A stretch of DNA of 64,000 bases from an uncultured delta proteobacterium (GTDB taxonomy: Bacteria; Desulfobacterota; Desulfuromonadia; Desulfuromonadales; JACZKF01), in contig CAWFKQ010000016.1 in NCBI GenBank assembly GCA_963816395.1, positions 544,001-608,000 on the forward strand, given 5' to 3'. The notes under the pieces are model-generated. The model saw nothing but the letters and a program-made list of their open reading frames with translations, did not search any database and was not told the DNA's origin. A program made the position numbers and the translations under genes. Within the stretch, counting starts at the first letter, position 1, and each line of letters opens with the position of its first letter. Positions 10,679 to 20,917 of this stretch are shown here, one piece after another.

Positions 10679-12736
10679 ATGTCTAGCCTGAGTGCAGAAA
10701 AGCAGATCCTAACAGACTGCACACTTTGCTATCACAGCTGTGGTTGCGAGATAACGGTACGGGATGGCAAGGCCATCGGGGTTGCCGGGCAGAAGTCCCA
10801 CCCGCTCAATCACGGGGAACTCTGCCCGAAGGGCAAAGCCATGCTGGCGAGCATTTATAGCCCTAATCGACTCAAATCTCCTTTGAAGCGAGTCGGCGAT
10901 GAGTTTGTCGAGATCTCCTGGGAGCAGGCATTGGAGGAAATCGCCGCCAAGCTCAACCAGCTGAAGAAAGATTTTGGCGCTGAAACGCTTGGCGTTTTCA
11001 GCGGCTCCATCGGGGTTGAGAACCTCGAAATGGCAGGGCTTACCCAGCGGTTCAAGGCCGCGTTCGGCTCTCCCAACTTCTTTTCGGTGGAAAGCGTCTG
11101 TTATCGCATGCGCATTCGTACCCGGCAGATTACTTTCGGGAAGTATCCTACAGAAGAGCTCGATTCCAAGCTTTATATCCTGTGGGGCCACAATCCCGAT
11201 GCAAGTGATTTTCCCCTGAAGCTGGCCCTGGAAAAGAATCTGGCCGCGGGGGCCAAGCTCGTGGTCATCGACCCCCGCCGCATCCCCTTGGCCGATCGTG
11301 CAGATAAATACCTGCGTATCCGGCCCGGCACGGACGGTGCCATGGCGATGGCCATGATCCATGTCATCATCCAGGAGGATCTGGTTGATCATGAATTTGT
11401 GACGCAGCACACCATCGGTTACGAGAAGCTGGTCGAGCACGTAAAGCCTTTTACCCCGGAGTGGGCCGAGGCCATCACCTGGGTTCCCGCCGAGGAGATT
11501 CGCAGTCTGGCGCGGCTATTCGCCGGCACCAGGGGGGCAAGCATCTATCAGGGGACCTGTACGCAGGACCAGACGGCAGGCGGCACCCAGAACAGCCGGG
11601 CTTTCTCGGTCCTCCAGATCATCACCGGCAACCTCAACGTTCCCGGTGGCTGGGTCATCAGCCCGCGTTCCCCTTTCGGCAACGTCGGACTCAACGTCGA
11701 GGGAGATCCGCTGGGGATGGACGAGTACCCGCTGTTCATCGAAGTCTGGGGGCGGAAAAGTCCCTACGGCGTGATCACCAAGGTACCTGAGAGCATCCCG
11801 GACAAGATCAAGGCATTCTATGTGGTCGGCGGGAATCCGCTGGTCTCTATGGCCGACAGCAATGCTTTCCGGGAAGCCTTCAGAAAACTTGAGCTGCTGG
11901 TGGTGCACGACATGTACATGACCGAGACGGCGCGCGAAGCCCATTATGTGCTGCCGGCCTGCTCACACCTGGAAAAGTGGGGAGTGGCCTACACCTACAA
12001 TGTCTGTCACTGCCTGCCCTATCTGATGCTTCGCAAAAAATGTATCGAGCCCCTTGGCCAGGCGTGGTCGGAGTGGAAGGTCTTTACGGAGCTGGCCAAA
12101 AAACTTGGTATCGGCGAGCAGTTCCCGTGGGAGAGTGAAGAAGAGCTGGTCCGGTTCGAGTTGGGGCCAACGGGACTCAGTTTCGACACCCTGCTGAACG
12201 AGAAGCCCGAAGGCGCTTACTACGAGGAAAAGAAATATGGTGTGCCAGCCGGGCTGTTTAAAACACCCTCCGGGAAGATAGAAATCTACAGCGAGGCTAT
12301 GGAGCTGGTCGGAGCCAATCCGCTGCCGGTATACATTGAGCCGCATCAAAGCCCGATAACCGCAGACCCCAAACTCTTTGCAAGATATCCGCTTATCCTG
12401 TCCACAGGACACCGGAATTACTTCTATACCCACAGCCAATTCCGCTCTATCGGTGACCTGTCTGCTGAAAGCCCCGAGCCATTTGCCGAAATAGGACCGC
12501 AAACCGGCAAAAAATACGGGCTGGCCGATGGCGATACGGCGGTCATCGAAACCGATCGGGGGCGGGTCATCATGAAGGTTAAACTCGATGAACGCGTTTC
12601 CGAAGGCGTGGTGTTGGTGCCGCACGGCTGGGAAGGCGAACAAAATGCCAACCTGCTCACCGACACCAACTGCCGGGAAGAAACCCTCGGTTATCCGGAC
12701 ATGAAGTCCCTGCTGTGTGCGGTGAAAAAGGCCTGA
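10679..12736 (+). CDS. Cytoplasmic Mo/W-bisPGD oxidoreductase (DMSO reductase superfamily), function unknown
   Basis: N-terminal CTLCYHSC...CPKG [4Fe-4S] motif, WGHNP, IRPGTDGA, AHYVLPA, TPSGKIEIYS; likely Cys ligand in ESVC; no twin-arginine leader. Confidence 0.85.
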   Translation: MSSLSAEKQILTDCTLCYHSCGCEITVRDGKAIGVAGQKSHPLNHGELCPKGKAMLASIYSPNRLKSPLKRVGDEFVEISWEQALEEIAAKLNQLKKDFGAETLGVFSGSIGVENLEMAGLTQRFKAAFGSPNFFSVESVCYRMRIRTRQITFGKYPTEELDSKLYILWGHNPDASDFPLKLALEKNLAAGAKLVVIDPRRIPLADRADKYLRIRPGTDGAMAMAMIHVIIQEDLVDHEFVTQHTIGYEKLVEHVKPFTPEWAEAITWVPAEEIRSLARLFAGTRGASIYQGTCTQDQTAGGTQNSRAFSVLQIITGNLNVPGGWVISPRSPFGNVGLNVEGDPLGMDEYPLFIEVWGRKSPYGVITKVPESIPDKIKAFYVVGGNPLVSMADSNAFREAFRKLELLVVHDMYMTETAREAHYVLPACSHLEKWGVAYTYNVCHCLPYLMLRKKCIEPLGQAWSEWKVFTELAKKLGIGEQFPWESEEELVRFELGPTGLSFDTLLNEKPEGAYYEEKKYGVPAGLFKTPSGKIEIYSEAMELVGANPLPVYIEPHQSPITADPKLFARYPLILSTGHRNYFYTHSQFRSIGDLSAESPEPFAEIGPQTGKKYGLADGDTAVIETDRGRVIMKVKLDERVSEGVVLVPHGWEGEQNANLLTDTNCREETLGYPDMKSLLCAVKKA

Positions 12737-12936
12737 GCGAACCTGCCGAAAAAATCGATGCTGTGGATGTGAGGGTGTGTAGGTGGATGGCGCGGGATCG
12801 GACCGCCTGTTGGTTCACCGACACGACCAAGCGATAGAGGCAGTCCACCCCTAACGTAGGAGGATGCCCACAAATGGATGGATTCGGTCCGAAAATATTG
12901 TCGGTCCACGCGCGCAACTTCAAATCGGAGGTCACC

Positions 12937-13986
12937 ATGAGGAAAATCGTTGCCTTGCTTGCCGTCCCCTTTCTCCTGCTCGCCCTTATCCCGTGCCAGA
13001 GCTTTGCCCAGAAAGCAGAGGTTACGCTGAAGGTCGAGCATTTTCTGCCGGCGAAGTCCAATGCCCAGACGAAGCTGATCCAACCCTGGGCCGACAGGAT
13101 CATGAAACAATCGGGCGGGCGCATTGCGGTGGAGATTTATCCCTCGATGCAACTTGGGGGCAAGCCGCCCCAGCTCTACGATCAGGTCAAGGACGGCGTC
13201 GTCGATGTGGTCTGGACCCTCCCCAGCTACACCCCGGGCCGTTTCCCCATCGTCGAGCTCTTTGAACTTCCCTATGTCAGTGCATCGGCCGAAGCGACCA
13301 CCCAGGCGCTCCAGGAATTTTCCGAGAAATACCTGAAAAAGGAATTCAGCCAGGTCCATCCGCTCCTCTTCCATGTTCCGACGCCGGGGATCTTCCACAC
13401 GGTTTCCAAGCAGATCAAGACCATGGAGGACCTGAAAGGGATGAAAATCCGCACTCCCTCCGCTACCGTCACGCAGTCCCTGGAGGCTCTCGGCGCCACC
13501 CCGGTCGGCATGCCGGTCCCGGAAGTCCCGCAGGCTCTTGCTACCCAGGTCATTGACGGTGCCGTCCTCCCCTGGGAAGTGGTTTCCGCCATCCGCACCC
13601 ATGAATTGACCAAATATCACACCCAGCCCGGCAATGAGCGGGGTTTCTATACCTCCGTCTTCCTCTTTGCCATGAACAAGGCCAAGTACGACAGCCTTCC
13701 CGCGGACCTGAAGAAGGTGATCGACGACAACTCGGGGATGAACATCGCCAAAGAGGTCGGAGCGGCCTTCGATCAGGCCGATCTGGCAGGACAGGAACTC
13801 GGCAGAAAGCACGGCAACGTCTTTTACACCCTGCCCCCGGCGGAAAGGGAACGGTGGGAGAAAACGACCCAGCCGGTGGTTGCCGATTGGGTGAAGAAGA
13901 TGGACAAGAAAGGCCTGAACGGTCAGGAAATGCTCGATTACGCGAACAACCTGATCGACAAGTACAGCAAACAGGCGGCTAAATAG
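12937..13986 (+). CDS. dctP: TRAP transporter substrate-binding protein
   Basis: Signal peptide, YPSMQLGG, YTPGRFP, DLKGMKIR; GGAGG RBS. Confidence 0.9.
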   Translation: MRKIVALLAVPFLLLALIPCQSFAQKAEVTLKVEHFLPAKSNAQTKLIQPWADRIMKQSGGRIAVEIYPSMQLGGKPPQLYDQVKDGVVDVVWTLPSYTPGRFPIVELFELPYVSASAEATTQALQEFSEKYLKKEFSQVHPLLFHVPTPGIFHTVSKQIKTMEDLKGMKIRTPSATVTQSLEALGATPVGMPVPEVPQALATQVIDGAVLPWEVVSAIRTHELTKYHTQPGNERGFYTSVFLFAMNKAKYDSLPADLKKVIDDNSGMNIAKEVGAAFDQADLAGQELGRKHGNVFYTLPPAERERWEKTTQPVVADWVKKMDKKGLNGQEMLDYANNLIDKYSKQAAK

Positions 13987-13997
13987 GAACAGGGCAG

Positions 13998-14543
13998 ATG
14001 GAAAAAAGTCTTACGCTCCAAGATGTTTATGTCAGCACGCCCCTTTTACGGGCCGATGCCGCACTCAGAACCGTATGCCGCATCTTCGCAGCCATCGGCG
14101 GGATTATCCTGGCGTGCTTGACTCTTCTCACCGTAACCAACGTGATCGGCCGGGCGCTCTTCAATACCCCGATTTCCGGGAATTTTGAACTGGTTGAACT
14201 GGGCTGTGCCATCTCCGTCAGCGCTTTCCTTCCCTACTGTCAGATCCAGGAGGGGAATGTCATCGTCGACATCGTCACAGCCAAGGCCCCCCAGTGGCTC
14301 ATCCGCTTTCTGGGAGCGGTGGGGGATCTGCTCTTCATGGCCATTTCCATCCTGATCTGCTGGAGACTCTTCTATGGCTGCCTGGACAGCAGAGAATCGA
14401 TGGAAGTCACCATGGTCCTGGGGATTCCGGTCTGGTGGGCCATGCCGCCGATGATCGTCTCTTTCGCGCTGCTGACCCTCACCTGCGGCATGACCATGTT
14501 GAACCGGATTTTTGCACCGGGTGCGTCGGAGACCCCGAAATGA
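13998..14543 (+). CDS. dctQ: TRAP small permease
   Basis: About 4 TM helices, NVIGR...F..PI.G..E, GNVIVD. Confidence 0.88.
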   Translation: MEKSLTLQDVYVSTPLLRADAALRTVCRIFAAIGGIILACLTLLTVTNVIGRALFNTPISGNFELVELGCAISVSAFLPYCQIQEGNVIVDIVTAKAPQWLIRFLGAVGDLLFMAISILICWRLFYGCLDSRESMEVTMVLGIPVWWAMPPMIVSFALLTLTCGMTMLNRIFAPGASETPK

Positions 14544-15859
14544 GTGATTTTGCACTGAGCTTCGTTATGCTGGGCGGGATGCTGGGCCTGATGGCCCTGC
14601 GCATCCCCATCGCCGTGGCCATGCTGGCGATCGGGATGGCCGGATACGCCATGATCAGCGGCTGGATGCCGCTGATCATGTATCTGAAAAGCGCTCCCTT
14701 CAGCACCTTCTCGAGCTATTCCCTCTCGGTGATCCCGCTTTTTCTGCTGATGGGGGAATTCGCCACCAATGCCGGCATGAGCCGGGCTCTTTTCAATGCC
14801 GCCAATACCTGGCTCGGTCACCGCCGAGGGGGCATTGCCATGGCGGCGGTGGGGGGCTGCGCCGGCTTCGGTTCCATCTGCGGTTCCTCGCTGGCCACCG
14901 CCGCCACCATGTCCCAGGTCGCTCTTCCCGAATTGAAGCGCCATGGCTACTCGGGAGCCCTGGCGACCGCGTCCCTGGCCTGCGGCGGGACGCTGGGCAT
15001 CCTGATCCCCCCTTCGGTCATCCTGATCATTTACGCGATCCTGACGGAAAACAGCATCGGCAAGCTTTTCATCGCGGCGATTCTGCCCGCCGTGCTGGCG
15101 GTGACCGGGTACATGATCACCATCGCCATCTATGTCCGCAGACACCCTGAGGCCGGTCCGGCCGGTCCCAAGGCCACCGTTGCCCAAAAGCTTCAGAGCA
15201 TCAAGGAGGTCTGGGCGGTCGCCCTGATCTTCATGCTGGTAATCGGGGGGATTTACCGGGGCTGGTTTACTCCCACCGAAGGGGCCGCGGTCGGCACCTT
15301 CGGCACCGGTGCCCTTGCCTTTCTGAAGGGCAAGATGCGCTGGCAGGGATTTCTGGATTGTGTTTACGGCGCCGCCCGGTCAACGGCCATGATCTTCCTC
15401 ATTCTGCTCGGGGCGGAGATCTTCAACGCCTTTCTGGCGCTCACCCGCATGCCGGCTGAGTCGGCCCGGATCATTGGGGAAAGCGGTTTCCCGCCGCTGG
15501 TGGTTGTCTTTCTGATGATCCTGCTCTACCTGTTTCTCGGCTGCGTCATGGACAGCATGTCGATGATCCTGCTGACCATCCCCATCTTCTATCCCATCAT
15601 TTCTACCCTCAACTTCGGGCTCCCTCCGGAGGAGACGGCCATCTGGTTCGGCATTGTCGCCCTGATTGTCGTCGAGGTGGGACTGATTACGCCCCCGGTG
15701 GGAATGAATGTCTTCATCATCAACAGCTTCGCGAAAGATGTGCCGATCGGGGAAACCTTCAAAGGGGTAATGCCGTTCCTGCTCGCCGATTTCATTCGGA
15801 TAGCCGTCCTGGTGTTGTTCCCGTCAATCTCCCTGTTGCTGGTGCGGCTTTGGGGCTAG
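14540..15859 (+). CDS. dctM: TRAP large permease
   Basis: IPLFLLMG, GSSLATAA, GGTLGILIPPS, LITPPVG. Confidence 0.92.
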   Translation: MSDFALSFVMLGGMLGLMALRIPIAVAMLAIGMAGYAMISGWMPLIMYLKSAPFSTFSSYSLSVIPLFLLMGEFATNAGMSRALFNAANTWLGHRRGGIAMAAVGGCAGFGSICGSSLATAATMSQVALPELKRHGYSGALATASLACGGTLGILIPPSVILIIYAILTENSIGKLFIAAILPAVLAVTGYMITIAIYVRRHPEAGPAGPKATVAQKLQSIKEVWAVALIFMLVIGGIYRGWFTPTEGAAVGTFGTGALAFLKGKMRWQGFLDCVYGAARSTAMIFLILLGAEIFNAFLALTRMPAESARIIGESGFPPLVVVFLMILLYLFLGCVMDSMSMILLTIPIFYPIISTLNFGLPPEETAIWFGIVALIVVEVGLITPPVGMNVFIINSFAKDVPIGETFKGVMPFLLADFIRIAVLVLFPSISLLLVRLWG

Positions 15860-15895
15860 CTCACAGATTACGGCACGAAAAAACTGGAGGAAGCA

Positions 15896-17002
15896 ATGGG
15901 CCAAGAAAAAAGAATCCTGATTATCAACCCAGGATCCACCTCGACCAAAATCGCACTTTATGAATCGGACAAACTGACGCTGAGCGAGTCCGTCGGACAT
16001 TCCGCGGATGAGCTGAAGCAGTTCAAGACCATATGGGATCAGTACGATTTCCGGAAAAACGCCATCCTGCGGTATGCGGAAAAACACAACATCAAGCTCG
16101 CCGATCTTGATGCGATCGCCTGCCGCGGAGGAAATTGCAAACCGATCCCCGGCGGCATCTATCAAATAAGCGACGAGATGATCGCAGACAAAAAGACGGG
16201 TATCTACGGCAGGCATCCGGCCAACGTCGTTTGTCTCGTCGTCTATGATCTCGGAAAAGAGTTTGCTATTCCCGTCTTTACGGTCGATGTCCCGATGACC
16301 GATGAAATGTTTCCGCTGGCCCGATATTGCGGCATCCCTTTCATCAGCCGAAAGAGCAGCTTTCATGCCCTGAACCAGAAGGCGACCGCCAAAAAGGTCG
16401 CCGCCGGGCTCGGTAGGAAATACGACGAGATCAACATGATCGTCGTTCATCTCGGCGGCGGGATCTCTGTCGGGGTGCATCGGCACGGCAAGGTCATCGA
16501 CGTCAATAACGCCCTGGATGGCGACGGGCCGTTTTCTCCGGAACGCGCCGGGGCGGTGCCCACCTCCGACCTGGTCAAACTATGCTTCAGCGGCAAGTAC
16601 AGCGAAGAAGAGATTCTCAAGTTCCTGACCGGCGGCGGCGGGCTCATCGCTCACCTGGGCACCACCAGCGGCATCGAGATCGAGCAGAGGATTGCGGCTG
16701 GCGACCAGAAAGCCGCCGAGGTCTTTGAAGCAATGGCCTACCAGGTGGCCAAGGAGGTCGGGGGGGCTGCAGCCGCGCTGGAAGGGCAGGTGGACGCCAT
16801 CGCCCTGACCGGAAGCCTGGTGTACTCCAAAACCTTGATGGCCCATTTACGGAAGCGGATTTCCTTCATTGCTCCGATCCATCTGGTTCCCGGAGAAAAC
16901 GAAATGGAGGCGCTGGGCGAAGGCGTGATGCGGTACTTCAATGGGGAAGAAGGCCTCGCCACCTATCCAACGGAGGAAAATGATGTTGAAATGTTTGGAT
17001 GA
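15896..17002 (+). CDS. buk: Butyrate-kinase-family acyl kinase, copy 1
   Basis: INPGSTSTK, FHALNQKA, HLGGGISV, GPFSPERAG, PGENEM. Confidence 0.92.
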   Translation: MGQEKRILIINPGSTSTKIALYESDKLTLSESVGHSADELKQFKTIWDQYDFRKNAILRYAEKHNIKLADLDAIACRGGNCKPIPGGIYQISDEMIADKKTGIYGRHPANVVCLVVYDLGKEFAIPVFTVDVPMTDEMFPLARYCGIPFISRKSSFHALNQKATAKKVAAGLGRKYDEINMIVVHLGGGISVGVHRHGKVIDVNNALDGDGPFSPERAGAVPTSDLVKLCFSGKYSEEEILKFLTGGGGLIAHLGTTSGIEIEQRIAAGDQKAAEVFEAMAYQVAKEVGGAAAALEGQVDAIALTGSLVYSKTLMAHLRKRISFIAPIHLVPGENEMEALGEGVMRYFNGEEGLATYPTEENDVEMFG

Positions 17003-17880
17003 CTTGTTTGGAGCCGTCCAAGGGTCGACCGGTCAAGAAAATCGCCTTAGCCGCACCGGAAGAAGCCGGCGTCGTTAAATTGGTGAAGCAGGCGACCGAG
17101 CAGAAACTCGCCGAATTCATTCTCGTCGGCGACGCAGCCAAGATAGCGGAGCTGCTTCAGGAACAGGGACTGGACAGCGGGAAGTTTGAAATCCATGACC
17201 TGAAGGACCACAAACTGGCGGCGGAAAAAACGGTAAGCCTGGTGGTGGAGAAGAAGGCCGAGGTGGTGATGAAGGGGGAACTTCACACCGCTACTTTCCT
17301 GAAAGCGATCCTTGATAAGGAAAAAGGCCTGCGAACCGGGAATCTGATGAGCGAGATCACGCTCTATGACAAAAATGACGGTGAGGGAGTGCAACTCATC
17401 ACCGACTGCGCGATGAACATCACGCCAACCCTGGATGAGAAGAGACAGATTCTCGAAAATGCCGTTGACCTGGCCCGAAGGATCGGCTATGAAAAACCAA
17501 AGGTAGCCGTCCTTTCTGCCCTCGAGGTGGTTAATCCGGCCATTCCTGATACGCTGGATGCGGCGATTCTGAGCAAGATGGCCGACCGGGGGCAGATAAA
17601 AAACGCCATCGTCGACGGCCCCTTTGCCCTGGACAATGCCTTGTCGGTTGCCGCTGCCAAACAGAAAAAAATCGCAGGTGAAGTTGCCGGGAGGGCGGAT
17701 ATCATCCTCGTTCCGAATCTGCAGGTCGGCAACGCCCTCCATAAGGCGCTGGTCTATATCGCCGGCAAAACGATCGCCGCAACCGTCATGGGCGCCGGGG
17801 CGCCGGTCGTCATGCTGTCCCGAACGGACAGCACGCAGACAAAGCTGCTGTCGGTGGCTCTGGCCGCCTATATTTCCTGA
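16983..17880 (+). CDS. ptb: Phosphate butyryltransferase-family phosphotransacylase, copy 1 (1-bp insertion ~17018)
   Basis: VMKG, DGPFALDNA, GRADIILVP, LSRTDS; ATG 16983 gives MLKCLDDLFGAV, identical to copy 2. Confidence 0.9.
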
Positions 17881-17922
17881 GCCTCCTGTCCGGCGAAAAC
17901 CTCTAACGTCAAGAGAGACACC

Positions 17923-18351
17923 ATGAAGGACATGAAAGTACTGGTCCCCCTGGATGGATCGCACAACTCATCCAGGACAGTGAAGGCTCTCTTCTCCATG
18001 AAGGAGAAAATAGCCGGCTCCCTGACTTTGCTGCACGTGTTCGACCATGACAGGATCTCCTACCGGGGTTCCCCGGATCTGAATTACGCTACCATCACTG
18101 AGCGGGCCCGGGCGGCGGCCAGGGAATTTCTCGAAGAACAAAGAAAGATCTTTGCTGCCGAAGGGATAGAAGCAGAGGTTCTCTTCAAAGAGGGTCCTTC
18201 CCGCAAGACCATCTGCGACGTCGCCGATAGCGGTGATTTCGACCTTCTCATCATCGGCCGACATACGGAAGGAGAAATTCGCAATCTGATATTCGGTCAG
18301 GTTGCCAACTACGTCATCCATAAGGTCAAAGTTCCTATCATGATTATCTGA
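17923..18351 (+). CDS. Universal stress protein
   Basis: VLVPLDGS, LLHV, DLLIIG, FGQVANYVIH. Confidence 0.9.
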   Translation: MKDMKVLVPLDGSHNSSRTVKALFSMKEKIAGSLTLLHVFDHDRISYRGSPDLNYATITERARAAAREFLEEQRKIFAAEGIEAEVLFKEGPSRKTICDVADSGDFDLLIIGRHTEGEIRNLIFGQVANYVIHKVKVPIMII

Positions 18352-18378
18352 TCCGCGTTTATTCGGGAGTTCTTTCAA

Positions 18379-18840
18379 ATGGCTCGGTTTTTCCGCTCCT
18401 GCAAGGTGCGGTTCGAAAGCTGCGATTCGGCGGGGATCGTCTTTTATCCGCAATACGTCCTGATGGCTCAACGCGTGTTCGAGGACTGGTTCGGCGAGGG
18501 GCTGGGCCTTCCCCTGGGGCGCTTGCATCATGAATTGAAGATGGGCTTTCCGATTGTCAACCTGCAGGCCGATTTCAAGAAGCCGAGCCGTATTGACGAG
18601 GTCCTCGACTGGTCGCTGGGGGTGCGCAAGCTCGGCGCAAAATCCCTTACCCTGGAGATCAAGGCCAGCTGCGCCGGAGAAGAACGGGTCACCGTCAGCC
18701 TCACCGTCGTTTCGTCGAACCTGGTCCCCGGAGGAGTTGCTTCGCGCGAGATCCCCGCGGACGTCCGGGCGAAAATGGAAGAGTATCTATCACCCAGCCA
18801 TCAGCACGTTGCAAGATGTTCCACGCAGGCTCTGATTTGA
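18379..18840 (+). CDS. Hotdog-fold acyl-CoA thioesterase (4-hydroxybenzoyl-CoA thioesterase family)
   Basis: VRFESCDSAGIVFYP motif with the catalytic-position Asp. Confidence 0.85.
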   Translation: MARFFRSCKVRFESCDSAGIVFYPQYVLMAQRVFEDWFGEGLGLPLGRLHHELKMGFPIVNLQADFKKPSRIDEVLDWSLGVRKLGAKSLTLEIKASCAGEERVTVSLTVVSSNLVPGGVASREIPADVRAKMEEYLSPSHQHVARCSTQALI

Positions 18841-18892
18841 ACCTGAGTCAAAAATTTGAGTGGACTTGATCAGAAATCTCCCTCCCTTCCCG

Positions 18893-19789
18893 TCACGACA
18901 GATAGGAAGATAAGGCGATCGAAAGTAGTCTGGCTTCCACGCTGTCCGTTCGAGAAAGCATGACCACCGGGGCTTCCACCCCAACGACGGCCGAGGTTGC
19001 CTTCCTGCGGGCGATGTAGGTAACGCTCTTTCTCAGGACGTTGCCGACCTGCAGGTTGGGCGCGAGGAGGATATCCGCCCGTCCCGCGACTTCTCCGGAG
19101 ATCTTCTTCTGGCGGGCCGCCTCAAGAGATATGGCGTTGTCCAGGGCAAAGGGTCCGTCGACGATGGCATTTTTTATCTGCCCCCGGTCCGCCATTTTGC
19201 TCAGAACGGCCGCATCAAGGGTGTCCGGAATGGCGGGGTTGACCACCTCCACGGCCGACAGGACGGCGACCCTCGGTCTTTCATAGCCGAGCTTCCGGGC
19301 GAGCTCGACGGCGTTTTCAAGGATCTGCCGTTTCTCGTCGAGTGTGGGGTTGATGCTCATGGCGCAATCGGTGATCAGCCGGATTCCCTCCCCGTCCTCC
19401 TTGTCGTAGAGGGTGATTTCACTGACCAGTTTTCCCTTGTTCAATCCCTTTTCCTTATCCAGGATGGCCTTCAGGAAAGTGGCGGTGTGAAGCTCCCCTT
19501 TCATAACGACCTCGGCCATTTTCCCGACCACCAGGCTCACTGCCCTCTCGGCCGCTTCCTTGTGGCCAGGTGTGTTCTGGATCTCGAAACGGGAGGGATC
19601 CAGCCCTTGTTCACTGAGCAGCCCCCTGATTCTCGATTCATCCCCGACGAGAATGAATTGGGCCAGCCTCTCTTCGGTGGCCTGATTGGCCAGCCTGATC
19701 AGGCCGGCCTCCTCCGGGGCGGCGACGGCGATCTTCTTGGTGGGGCGCCCCCGGACCGCTCCGAACAAATCATCCAGACATTTCAGCAC
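18893..19789 (-). CDS. ptb: Phosphate butyryltransferase-family phosphotransacylase, copy 2
   Basis: Same motifs as copy 1; close paralog. Confidence 0.92.
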   Translation of the reverse strand: MLKCLDDLFGAVRGRPTKKIAVAAPEEAGLIRLANQATEERLAQFILVGDESRIRGLLSEQGLDPSRFEIQNTPGHKEAAERAVSLVVGKMAEVVMKGELHTATFLKAILDKEKGLNKGKLVSEITLYDKEDGEGIRLITDCAMSINPTLDEKRQILENAVELARKLGYERPRVAVLSAVEVVNPAIPDTLDAAVLSKMADRGQIKNAIVDGPFALDNAISLEAARQKKISGEVAGRADILLAPNLQVGNVLRKSVTYIARRKATSAVVGVEAPVVMLSRTDSVEARLLSIALSSYLS

Positions 19790-20876
19790 TGCTCACCTCC
19801 GAAGGATAGTTGGCAAGGCTTTCCCCGCCATCGAAGTACCGCATCACGCCTTCGCCCAGCGCCTCCATTTCGTTTTCGCCGGGGACCAGGTGGATCGGCG
19901 CGATGAAGGAAATCCGCTTCCGCAAATGGGCCATCAGGGTCTTGGAGTACACCAGGCTTCCGGTCAGGGCAATGGCGTCCACCCGGCCTTCCAGAACGGC
20001 TGCGCATCTCCCGACTTCCTTGGCCACCTGGTAGGCCATTGCTTCAAAAACCTCTGCGGCTTTCCGGTCGCCAGCCGCAATCCTCTGCTCGATCTCGATG
20101 CCGCTGGTGGTGCCCAGGTGGGCAATGAGCCCGCCGCCACCGGTCAGGAATTTCAAAATTTCTTCTTGGCTGTACTTGCCGCTGAAGCACAGTTTGACCA
20201 GGTCGGAGGTGGGCACCGACCCGGAGCGCTCAGGGGAAAACGGCCCGTCGCCATCAAGGGTACCGTTGACGTCCACGACCTTGCCGTTCTGATGCGCTCC
20301 GACGGAGATGCCGCCGCCCAGGTGAACCACGATCAGGTTCACCTCGTCATACTTCCTGCCAAGTCCGTGCGCGATCTTCTTGGCCGTTGCCTTCTGGTTC
20401 AGGGCGTGGAAGCTGCTCTTACGTCTAATCAGAGGAATTCCGGTGTATCTGGCCAGTGGGGATAATTCATCCGTCACCGGGACATCGACCGTGAAAACCG
20501 GGATATCGAGTTCCTTCCCGAGGTCATAGACGATCAGGCAGACGACGTCGCCTGCATGCCTGCCGTAGGCGCCACTTCTCTGGTCGGCGACCATCCGGTC
20601 GCAAATCCGGTAAATACCTCCCGCTACCGGTTGGCAGTTCCCCCCCCGGCAGGCAATGGCATCCAGATCGGCCAGAGCAATACCATGCTTTTGGGCGACG
20701 TTTAAAATAACGTTTTTCCTGAAATCATATTGTTCCCAGATGTCTTTAAACGGCTTCAATTCGTCGGCGGAATGCCCGACAGATTCGTTGAACGCCATCT
20801 TTTCTGACTCATACAGGGCAATTTTGGTTGAGGTTGACCCTGGATTGATAATCAGGATTCTTCTCTTAGTTTTCAT
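19770..20876 (-). CDS. buk: Butyrate-kinase-family acyl kinase, copy 2
   Basis: INPGSTSTK, FHALNQKA, GPFSPERSG; close paralog of 15896..17002. Confidence 0.92.
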   Translation of the reverse strand: MKTKRRILIINPGSTSTKIALYESEKMAFNESVGHSADELKPFKDIWEQYDFRKNVILNVAQKHGIALADLDAIACRGGNCQPVAGGIYRICDRMVADQRSGAYGRHAGDVVCLIVYDLGKELDIPVFTVDVPVTDELSPLARYTGIPLIRRKSSFHALNQKATAKKIAHGLGRKYDEVNLIVVHLGGGISVGAHQNGKVVDVNGTLDGDGPFSPERSGSVPTSDLVKLCFSGKYSQEEILKFLTGGGGLIAHLGTTSGIEIEQRIAAGDRKAAEVFEAMAYQVAKEVGRCAAVLEGRVDAIALTGSLVYSKTLMAHLRKRISFIAPIHLVPGENEMEALGEGVMRYFDGGESLANYPSEVSSAEMSG

Positions 20877-20917
20877 CTTCTCACTCGAACTTGACTGCAC
20901 AACCGCCCTTTCAGTCA

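Noticed and set aside
10679..12736. Formate dehydrogenase alpha subunit (suggested by the fdhD neighbour)
   Set aside because: No Cys/Sec-His active-site pair, no RGQ/RGH motif and no beta subunit
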